Made by a program: the position numbers and the translations under genes. DNA of 64,000 bases from Phaeosaccion multiseriatum (Eukaryota; Protista; Ochrophyta, other classes). Shown piece after piece: positions 46,166 to 55,754 of this stretch; position 1 is the first letter of the stretch; each line of letters starts with the position of its first letter. The DNA lies in assembly GCA_965112735.1 (NCBI GenBank), contig OZ218964.1, forward strand, positions 2,666,001 to 2,730,000. The letters run 5' to 3'. The notes under the pieces were generated by a model, which was given only the letters and a program-made list of their open reading frames with translations, was not told the DNA's origin and did not search any database.

Positions 46166-48170
46166 ATTTGTGTTTGTGTGTTTGTGAGTGTGTGTGTGTG
46201 TTTGTGGGTGTGTGTGTGGGTGGGTGTGTTCGATCACGCATGTGCCCCTGCACACACCTGCGATTGGTCCTGCGCGTCTTGCGAAGCCCAGTACAGCGTC
46301 TGGCGTAGAGTGCCGTCGGCCGCGGCAGCCACGAAGGCCTCTCCCCAGCCCTGCGCCAGAGGAAGCCCGCCCGAGCCCGGTGCCATGCTGAAGCAGAGCG
46401 GGGGGTGGCAGAGCAGGGGAGAGTGTGAGCTCAGTGGGTGCTAAGTGCCCTGGCAAGACCTCACTCCCTCCCTCACTTGCTGACTTCTTCACTCAAGTCA
46501 CTCACGCTCTCACTCACTCCCTCACTCCCTCACTCACTCACTCACTCACTCACTCACTCACTCACTCACTCACTCACTCACTCACTCCCTCACTCACTCA
46601 CTCACTCACTCACTCACTCACTCACTCACTCACTCTCTCACTCACTCACTCACTCACTCACTCACTCACTCACTCACTCACTCACTCACTCACTCACTCA
46701 CTCACTCACTCACTCACTCACTCACTCACTCACTCACTCACTCACTCACTCACTCACTCCCGCCCTCAGGCTCTCACCCCCTCACTCACTGACTCACCTG
46801 ACGTGCAGGCCCTTGGCCGTGTTGGCATGTTTGGCGGTGGAACCCTCAGCGGAGTGCAGAGTCTGCAGCAGCGGAGAGACCTTGAGGGGCGCGGGGAGCA
46901 CCTGCATACAGGGGGGGGGGCAGAGCAGAGCAGGCAGGGCAGAGAGGAGAGGAGAGCAGAGCGCAGCAGAGCTAAGCAGGGGGCGGAGGGGCGGAGCAGG
47001 GCCAGCATGTATACAAGGCCGTCGCCCTGGCTCAAACCCAAGGCAGGTTCGCCCCCAAAACACCCTTTTGTTCTACGCACCTCCGCGCTGGTGAGCTTCT
47101 TTGTGTACGGCATGGCCATGAGGTTCCTTCCGTACTCGAAGGGTGCGAACAGAGTGAAGCACGTGAGGCCGTGCTTTCTGCTGCTTAGAGACAACTTGAC
47201 CTTCTTGGGGGACCCTCCCAACTCTGCGAGTACAAGGGAGGCGCAGACACGGCAACACGGAAAGGAGCATTCATTCGTTAGCGCTGAAGAAGGCTTGGCA
47301 CGATTGTGCACAAGAAGAATTTGTAAAACACCCCCCCCCCCCCCTCTTCCCTCCCCCTCTCGTGCTCCTCCTATCCACTACCCAACCCCACGCCGCATAC
47401 ACCTCTCCCCCGCCCCCCCTTGCCATCTTCACCGTCCCTTCGCTCTTGACTTCCCCTCTCTCACCCCCGCCATGCTTACCCTCTCGGATACTCTTGAGTG
47501 CTTCGGCGCTGTTCTTGTAAGCAGTGCAGGCAAGGAAGTGCGCGTCTGAGCCCTCGGCCTCCACCATGCCCAGAGTGTGATCGGCAGACGCCACAAACGC
47601 GTGGTGCCCGACCTCGGCGTCGCTGCCGAACTGTTAGCACAAGAACCCAGTAAGCAGCAGCAGTAGTTGTAGAGAAGAGCAGTGGGAAGGAGAGGGAGAG
47701 AGAGAGAGAGAGAGAGAGAGATCAGCCAGACATACGAGCTGGACAGAGTGAGGGGAGAGAACGAAGACGGGGCGAGGAGCCCAGGCAGCAAACAACTGAC
47801 ACCTAACCCAGGTCGAGACGGTTCCTAAGGAGAGGAAGTACGGACATGATTGGGGGGCAAGGAACAAGAAAACTGGAAAAACGAAATCGATCCTCAGGAT
47901 GTTTCAAACAATCAATTTGGGTGATGCACTTACGTCGTGGGCTGCAGAGGTACTGAAACCCTTCAGCAAGTGGTCAGCGTAGCTCCAGCTGTTGGTTCGG
48001 CTTCGACCCCACCCGCCCGTAGCCACCGGCTTGGTGCTCTGGGCACGAGCCATACCCTCAGCCTGCTGGCTGTGTGCCTCGCGTGGTGCGTGTGTGAGCA
48101 GCAGGGTCAGTAGCAGCAGCAGCAGCAGCGGGGACGCGCGCCCTGGGTGAACTCCCAGACATCCCACCAT
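37592..48170 (-). CDS. Secreted, probably GPI-anchored subtilisin-like S8 protease (Kp43-like) with two LNR-like Cys-rich repeats, >25 exons
   Basis: Signal peptide (MVGCLG...[12 protein letters not shown]). Catalytic triad [14 protein letters not shown] / [11 protein letters not shown] / AGTSM|[16 protein letters not shown]. Also [28 protein letters not shown]...[12 protein letters not shown] and the Kp43 C-domain LTLTWTDP...HDLDL. Two GDGxC...NTExC...GDCC repeats. Last exon ends [10 protein letters not shown]...[14 protein letters not shown]. Pro-region exons at 45250-47650 were not fully resolved. Confidence 0.9.
42038..42366. repeat. Long (CCCT)n array, read as (AGGG)n on the sense strand
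   Basis: About 320 bp of near-perfect tetranucleotide repeat in a subtilase intron. Confidence 0.97.
45651..45735 (-). repeat. (GTGA)n array beginning at a GTGAGT donor
   Basis: (TCAC)n on the plus strand. Confidence 0.95.
45858..46230. repeat. Compound (GT/CA)n microsatellite
   Basis: Direct observation. Confidence 0.93.
46498..46797 (-). repeat. Long (GTGA)n array following a GTGAGT donor
   Basis: About 260 bp of (TCAC)n on the plus strand. Confidence 0.95.
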
Positions 48171-49002
48171 CTTCAGGGCGAGCAGCAGCAGCAGAGTAGC
48201 AGCAGCAGCAGAAGAGTGTGTGAGCAAGAAACGAATGAAGGGAAACTTCGGACGACGTTACATTTTTATTCCCGCCGTCGGAGCGAAAAATCTTGGCGTG
48301 ACGATGGCCGGTAGTGGGTGAGTAGGTCGGTTCAATGATCGGTTGGGGGGGGAAATGATTTTATTCAATGCGCCAAAGCTGCACCCGCCGCGACTCAAAG
48401 GGGCACCGTCAACCCCTCTCTCTCCAAGCGCTCCCTGGCTCTGTGTGCACGCGGTGGTGGTACAGGCTGTTGTGAATTAATGAATCAAAAGCTTCTCCTC
48501 GCTGCTCGCTGCTCGTGGGGTGCCCTTGCCTTGCCCTGTATACCGTAGCTACTTGTAGGGCCAGCCGGAACAGGGCGTCCCCTCCTCCACCCCCCTCCCC
48601 CTCCTCGCCCCTTCCTCGCGGCTCCGAGCAGGGTGCAGAGTGACGAGGGTGGAAGAGGGGGAGAGAGAGAGAGAGCATCTTCCTTCCTTCTCTGCGGAGG
48701 CCCAAGGTATGCCTGAAGGGCATCCTCCCTCCCCCCCTGGGCCAAGTTCAGCCCGTTTAGGCACCGCGCCTCAGTCACAGCCGAGTCACAGTTGTCGGGC
48801 GCTATGACGCACTGCCCAAGCCTCGCTGCTCTCTCGAGTAGCCAAGGTGCTTTGCGGCAGCAACCCTTGTGCAGCGACGGTATACTTGCCCTTCCCCGCG
48901 GAGAGCCAAGCGCACTGCTCATCAACACTCCTCTCATCACTTCACTCGCACATGAGCGTGAGAACGCCTCCTCTCCTCTCCCCTCCCCTTCCCTCTGCGC
49001 GC

Positions 49003-52000
49003 TTAGCCCTGCTCTGGCCGAGTCTCCCCCCCCTCCTCTACCGCTCCGTCTTCTCCGCCTTCCAGCTTCCGCGCCTCCTCGCGCATTCTCCTGAGGAGAG
49101 AGAGAGAGAGAGAGAGAGAGGGAGCGAGAGAGAGAGTAGCGGGCGGGTGGTACGAGCGCGAGAGGAAGAGCATGGAAGGGTCAGGCGGGGGCCCTTCATG
49201 GACGAACAGAGGCGCGGGCAGGACGGCGCGCTGGCAGCAGCACAGGAACAAGCGCAACGTAAATCCCCTTCGTCTCACCTCCGCCCGGCTATACCCTCCC
49301 CTTCGCTCGCCACCTCGCACGCTGGAAATCTGACCAAGACAGCGCTCATGTTGTCCCTGCTGCCCTTGGCCAGACACGTGTCGAGCAGCTCCTCGCACAT
49401 GAGACCCAAGTGCTGCTCTCCCTCGCCCATCATCTGCGGAAGGACAGGGCAAAGCGTGAAGACAAGTGCAAAACGATACTCAGGGGCCGGGCCGGCATGT
49501 GCAAGGAAAAGGAGAGCGTCGCGCCCGCTCCAAGCAAGTACCGATCGATCCACTTCACTATGCTCTGTCCTGCTCCACTCGGCTCTGATCCACGATGCTC
49601 TGTCCTGCTCCACTCGGCTCTGATCCACTATGCTCTGTCCTGCTCCACTCGGCTCTGGTCCACTATGCTCTGCCCTGCTCCACTCGGCTCTGCTCGGCTC
49701 TGCTGCCTCACACACGGCGCCCCCACGCCCCCCCCCCCTCACTCACCAGCTGCAAACATGACACGCACTCCTCATCGGTCATTACATCCCAGATGCCGTC
49801 ACACGCAATCACAAGGAGGGCGTCCTCGGCTCTGACCCTTGCGCACGACTGGGTGTCAGGATATGCGGTGACCTTGCACGCCTGAGGAGGGCAGGCAGCC
49901 AGTGGGCGAGGAAAGAGCGTCAGCGACGGAGGCAGAGGGAGAGAGAGAGAGAGAGACCGACAGTCAGAGCCCCCCCCCCTCGCTTGTGGGACACCGCCGC
50001 CCCCGTCCACTGCCTTCCTCCCTCCCCTGCCCACCTCAGGCTTGATGTTGTGGTCCTTGTATTGGAAGTCACCCAAGGCCCTGCTCACTGCCAAGTCTCC
50101 GTCTACCCTCTTCATGGACACACAGCCCCCCGCGGCCTCGATGCGAGTGCGCTCCCCTGTGTCTGTGGGCTGAAATAGAGAGAGAACGGGGGCGCAAATG
50201 TGGTATCGAAGGTGGAAGGGGGGTGGGGGGCAGGGCAGGACTGGCGGCTGGTGCAGGCTGGAGATGCAGAGAGCAGCGGCAAACACGGACGGCAGACACC
50301 AACAGCACACACGGACGGCAGGCAGCAGCAGCACACACGGACCGACTCCTTCCAACGAAGGCCAAAGCTTTTCGGGCGAGGCAGAGACAGACACGTCCGC
50401 CCCTCCCTCCTGCCTCCTACCCGGTCAAAAGTCAGCAGGGCCGCCGTCCTCCTTCCTGCTTCCTCCGTACCTTGTGATCGTCCGTGCGAGCCTTGACGAC
50501 CCCTTTGCTAACGAACACGGCCCTTGAGTCTCCGGCGTGGGCCAGCACCACGTGTGAGGGAGTGATGATTGACGCTACGGCCGTGCATCCTGGAGGGAGG
50601 AGAAGGGCGCCAGAGATGAATATCGGAGAGGGAGAGAGAGAGCAAGAACAACGCAGGCGCAGTCGAGACATTCCGAAGCGGTACAGGCGGGGGGGCGGGA
50701 GTAGGGAAGATACAAATTCATCGCTGGCTTACCGCTTCTATCCTGTCCTGACACCAGGTCTGGCTCCAGTCTGAGCTCCTCGTCTGAGGTGGGAGGAAAA
50801 GAGGGGAGGAGAAGCCCGAGAGTGTCAGGTGCAGCCCAAAGGAAAGGAAAGGCAGGAAAGGAAAAACACGCCCTGCTGCTGTCTCACCCATGCGTAGGAA
50901 GCCCTGAACGAGGGCTTGCTCCAGTTGCGAAACGTCTTTGCACCCCCCCGACACGTACTCCTGGTATGCCTTCGTCTGTGTTGGCAATTAGACAAGGCGA
51001 GATGCGAGCGGAAGAGTGGTAAGCCTTCTAACTCATCCTTTCCTTTGAGACTGCCTCTGCTCTGCCTCTGGAGGCGTAGAGTGTGTGTGAATCGCCACCC
51101 CCACCCACCCGCCTCCCTCTCCCCCCTGCCCCACCCAACCCCACCCCAGGCAGGACAGTAGCCAATAGTCCCCTAACCCTAACCTTAACCTTCCTCACCT
51201 CCCCGACTTGCTTGAGCACCCTCTGGCCTGCCACCTTGGCACACAGAGAGCCCCCGTGGCCGTCGTACACCGCCACGAAGCTGGCCCGGCCCAAGCAGAG
51301 GGAGGGAGGGAGGGAGGGAGGGAGGAGATGGTAAGACGAGAACAACGACGAAGAACGACAACAAGAAGAAGAGGTGGAGGACGAGAATGGGGCCGCGAGA
51401 GCACCGCTGCAAGGACTGCTCTTGTCCAGGCCTGGGATTATCCAAGGGGGAAACCGAGCAGACGCCGCCTCACCTGTGGTCCGGTAGATCAGGTATATTT
51501 GGTACGATGGTGTGGCTGTCCTCCATCTCCATTCGCCAGCCCTGCATGGCGGACGCCCCGAAGGCCAACCCTTCGCCATTCCCGCACTTGGCGGCGGATT
51601 CATCCTGAGTCTTGACTTCGGTTTCCTTTTCCACGTTCGGCTTGTCGAGGAGGGTCCCCTGTGACAGAGGGCGAGGCAAAGGGGGAAGGAGGGGGACGAA
51701 AGAGCCTCAGCCAAGCGTTTAAGGTGCAACGCACTTCACGAAGCTGACGCCGTCCTTGTGAAAGCTACTCCACCCTCCATCCAGTATACGGCAGCTGCAC
51801 CCGATGATCTCTGCTTCCTCGGTTCGGGGTTGTGCTGCCACGGCGGCAAGACCTCTACATAGGGTTCCCTCCCCCACCCAATGAGTGAGAGCTCTCAGCC
51901 CACGGTATTTATTCACACATCCCCAGTAGCTACCGGAGGGAAAGGTGATTATCCGGTGTTCATCATGTCTCGCCCTTGTCCCGTCTTCCCTCCTCGGGCA

Positions 52001-52020
52001 CAAGGAAGCTTCCTCACCAT
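49003..52020 (-). CDS. PP2C/PPM1A-B-like Ser/Thr phosphatase, ~10 exons
   Basis: M|GTLLDKP, SAMQGWRMEMEDSH, FVAVYDGHGG, SGCTAV, AHAGDSRAV, TDDHKP, GDLAVSRALGDFQYK, IACDGIWDV, KGSRDNMS. All junctions are GT-AG. Confidence 0.95.
49558..49703. repeat. ~35-bp intronic minisatellite, ~4 copies
   Basis: TGCTCTGTCCTGCTCCACTCGGCTCTGATCCAC repeated. Confidence 0.88.
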
Positions 52021-52283
52021 CTCGCCGCACTGGTGTTGCCTCAAGTCTTCTTCCCAGGCAAGTCCGCTCCCTTGTTCCAATACTCGTCCTGTCCTATGAA
52101 AGGGAGAAAGGCAACGGGCTAGAGGGAAAACCCAAGGGGGGGGGTCAAATCACAGACGCCACGAGACCAACACGTGTAGCAGTTTTTGGGAGCAGGCACA
52201 ATTGGCAGGCACGTTGCAGAAATAAGTTCACAAGGAAAATGAAGAGAGAGAGAGGTTGAAGCAGGAAGACGGCAGAGGGCTCA

Positions 52284-52766
52284 ATGAGTCCTCCTCAGCA
52301 GCTGGAGGAGGGGGGGGAGGAGGAGGCCTGCAGGGAAGGCTCAGGACTTCGAAGCCGGCCCCAGATTAAGTTTCTGGGCATGGCCGTGCCTATGCTGGAG
52401 AAGGAAGTGTGTAGACGTGACCTCGCTGCTCAAGTACGGGGAAGACAGGGGACAGTTACCGACATTCGAGAGAGAAAGGGGATTGAGGAGGGGCAGAGAA
52501 TGCTAGTGTGAGCCCGCCGACACACTGCTCCGAATGTCGGTCAAACAGGGGAAGCAGGGGGGGTGGTCTCCCGACCGCCGGGCTCCCTTCTCTCCCCTTG
52601 CTTCTGCCACTTCCAGGTTCACCGCCGTGCTCTAACTCGCTTTGCCTTTGACGAGGATGGCGTGCAGCCCCGGGACTCCCTGCCTGATGCGATTAACATC
52701 TTCGTAAGCCTTCGGTCCCGCCAGCGGTAGGGGGATTTCGGCAGTAGCAGTAGTAGTAGTAGTAGT

Positions 52767-52803
<37 letters not shown>

Positions 52804-53397
52804 GTGAGGGAGTCTGGCATATTTAAGACGTGTGAAGGGGGAGAGAGGCCGCGGGGCCTCTTCGGTACTGGGACTCTCGGACTGCCGTTTTCAGTTGTCA
52901 CCCCCCTTCCCTGCTTCCTTTCCTCCCTCCTCGCGGCCACTGACTTTGACTGCCACCCCCCTCACCCCAGCAGGAGCGGACGATGACACCGACGGAGGCA
53001 GGAGCAGTGGGGCGCACTCCTTGGTCTCCTCCCTATCTGCCCTGGGGGGAAGACCGCTGGACTTCAAAGTCCCGAGCCCTCGACTCTTCGGCAGTAAGGA
53101 GAGGGAAACAGGCACCAATCAGCCGCCGCCGCTTTGACCCCTCTCCTCCCCGGCAGGCCTGGCAGGTGGGCTCTCCAGGCGGGCCATTCTGTGGGGAGGA
53201 GGGCTGGAGTTGCCGAGCCTATGTCACGCGAGGAGCCTCAGCACGTACTCCGGCTACTCCTTCGTGTCAAGAGATTCAGATGTGGAGTCGGGCTTGGGCG
53301 ACAGCGTCGAGGGGAGGGACGCAGAGGAGGAGGGAAAGGAGCAGGCGTTTGGGCAGGGGCCGAGTTTATTGGTTGGCTTCGAGTTCGATCTGGACAG
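52284..53397 (+). CDS. Possible hypothetical spliced gene or gene remnant
   Basis: Exon-like pieces 52284-52433, 52617-52703 and ~52971-53397 have GT/AG ends and can be joined in frame (EKEVCRRDLAAQ|VHRRALTRFAFDEDGVQPRDSLPDAINIF). No recognisable family and no clear terminal exon. Confidence 0.25.
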
Positions 53398-53435
53398 GTG
53401 AGGTGGGCGACGAGCGCAGAAGAGGAACAAAGCCT

Positions 53436-53477
<42 letters not shown>

Positions 53478-53682
53478 CTCTGCTAGCTTGCGCTTGATGT
53501 CGTGACCTGTATTCTTCACAAAGATTTAGTTTTTTCTCCCTCCCTCCCTCCCTCCCTCCCTCCCCCTCCCTCCCCCTCCCTCCCTCCCTCCCTCGCTCGC
53601 TCCCTCCCTCCCTCCCTCCCTCCCTCCCTCCCTCCCTCCCTCCCTCCCTCCCTCCCTCCCTCCCTCCCTCCCTCCCTCCGAC

Positions 53683-53971
53683 CCTGGACAAGATTACGGT
53701 GTGCGCCGGCCGTAATCAGTAATCAGCCCCCGGCTGGCGCATGATCAGTACTCAGGCCGGCTGGCGCCGGTCATAATCAGATATGAGGCCGGCTGCGCCG
53801 GCCGTAATTACTAATCAGATAGGTCGAGCGAGGCTCAGTAGGCCTAGAACCGCCCGCCTAGGGAGAAAAAATGGCCGGCCTAGAGCGGCCAACGGCCACC
53901 GGCCTAGGCTTAGAGCGGGCGTAGGCCGCTCGGCCTAGGGCCTAGAGCATAGGCTTCTAGGCCAGTCTGGA
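53683..53971. mobile_element. MITE-/hAT-like subterminal repeat patch
   Basis: Non-coding cluster of short palindromic words: GTAATCAG/GATTAC and GCCGGC in the left half, GGCCTAG/CTAGGCC in the right half. No convincing TIR pair. Confidence 0.35.
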
Positions 53972-54161
53972 GCCGAGAGAGGATCGAGAGAAGAGCTGCC
54001 CATCCCAGAATAATAATAATGTGTGACCGGAAACCAATAATAATAAGCGCCCCTTCCTCCTCAAAAGGGGGGGGGGGGAACTAATGGAGGGAAGAGAGTC
54101 ATAGATCATCTTGTACATCACCAAGGCCCTGCTTCTTGTACCTTGTATTTCAATCCAAGCA

Positions 54162-55064
54162 ATGAAGAGTTTCATCGCAATCATGGGCTTGTGCCTTGCC
54201 CCTGCTTTGGCCGTCGATTGGGGTGACTTCTGCTTCGATCACTGGGCCAAAAAAGTGGAAAGATGGCACGAAAAGCACTGCGCGAGGGTTCGTAGTGTGG
54301 TGCAACACAGCTCTCTGTATAAATCACACAACACGAGGAGTTATGATGCTTGGGAACCCGAATGGAGTTGCGGGGAGGAGGATCGCGTGGGAGGGGATTT
54401 CGGGGATGGCGGGAAATTTGTCTGCGGCTCAACGTATCTCTCGCAGCAGAAAGACTGCCTTGTGTACTCGGTGGGTTCCAACTTGCAAGATGAGTTTGAG
54501 CAGAGTATACTCCAGCTGGCCCCAGACTGTGAAGTTCACACTTTCGACCCGACGGTGGAAGAAGCTGCCGGGAATGCATTGGCTTCCACGCATGGATACC
54601 ACTTCCATGCTATTGGTCTGACAGACAAAGAAAATTCAGGCAGCAAGCTTCGCTACGGCACTCTGCTCTCCCTCCAGGAAATGATGGTGCACCTTGGGCA
54701 TGTGGGTCGGACGATTCATGTGCTAAAGGTGGATTGTGAAGGATGCGAGTTCGGCGCATTCAAATCGATTGCCGATCTGGCGGGAGGCAGTGACGCAATC
54801 AAGATTCATCAAGCACAAGTCGAGGTCCACTACAACAACTTCGACGTGATTGCGAAGTTCTTCAGCAGCATGGATCAAAACGGCATGCTTTTGTTCCACA
54901 AAGAGCGCAACGGCTGGGGATGTAATGGCTACGGCTGCGTAGAGTTTGCATTCGCCCACCATACGTGGGCCGACGAAGTCTACCGGCTGGAACATTGCGA
55001 CCCGCTGCTGGAAGAAGGGGTGTGGAAGGATGGACATTCCAACTTCGAGTTTACCTGCCCCTGA
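54162..55064 (+). CDS. Intronless secreted class I SAM methyltransferase-like protein (Methyltransf_22/METTL24/FkbM-like), 300 aa
   Basis: Signal peptide MKSFIAIMGLCLAPALA. Motifs WEPEWSC...RVG...GDGGKFVC, CLVYSVGS...FE, CEVHTFDP, LGHVGRTIHVLKVDCEGCEF, QVEVH, LFHKERN...CVEFAF. Confidence 0.88.
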   Translation: MKSFIAIMGLCLAPALAVDWGDFCFDHWAKKVERWHEKHCARVRSVVQHSSLYKSHNTRSYDAWEPEWSCGEEDRVGGDFGDGGKFVCGSTYLSQQKDCLVYSVGSNLQDEFEQSILQLAPDCEVHTFDPTVEEAAGNALASTHGYHFHAIGLTDKENSGSKLRYGTLLSLQEMMVHLGHVGRTIHVLKVDCEGCEFGAFKSIADLAGGSDAIKIHQAQVEVHYNNFDVIAKFFSSMDQNGMLLFHKERNGWGCNGYGCVEFAFAHHTWADEVYRLEHCDPLLEEGVWKDGHSNFEFTCP

Positions 55065-55754
55065 CAGCAATGTCAAAGCAAATGGATGAGGAGCTGGAAT
55101 TTGGCGTGTGCTCACGTCCAGCGTGTGCACCTCGGACAGAGTTAGAGTAGGTTTTACCACGGCAATGTGGTGGAGCTGGGAAGGGCTTAGTTACGTGAGT
55201 CTTATGAAGGCAATGTAACATATGTCAATAGGCATCAGAGAGGCTGGCTGGCCCCCTTCCTCTCTTGTAAAAACCTGCTGCTAGGCTCTCCTTATGTGGT
55301 AAAGCAAGGAAGGGCCCACATAGGGTTAGGGAGTGTTACAACTGTAGCTATGAGGCAGTTTATTGTAAGTCAATGGGTGCGTGACGGATCTGCGGCCGGC
55401 TGGCCCCTTCCTCACTCCTGGACCCGTGTGGACTGATAGGAAAGCTTGCTTAAAACAAGGAAGCCTCCTGGGTCTCTGGGTAAGGACAGTGCCCTTTGCT
55501 ATTTATAAATAAAGAAAAGAACAAAACAAAAATCTGTGTTCATTATCATACCCTCCTGCCCCCTGTGGAAGGTCGTGCTTAGAACTCCACGAAACGGACT
55601 AGACGCACAGATAAGGTAGCAGCACCCCAAAGCTAGCCTGACAGCCGGCCTTGCATCTATTAGCTTATCTATGCACTGTCCTAAACGACCACCTGCAGGA
55701 GGATAGTGAGAAACGGGTTTGCCTAGGCCTGGGCCACGACTACGACTGACTTAA

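Noticed and set aside
53135-53137. In-frame TGA in a coding-like frame (selenocysteine or readthrough)
   Set aside because: No redox motif or identifiable SECIS, an alternative open frame exists, and the gene itself is doubtful.
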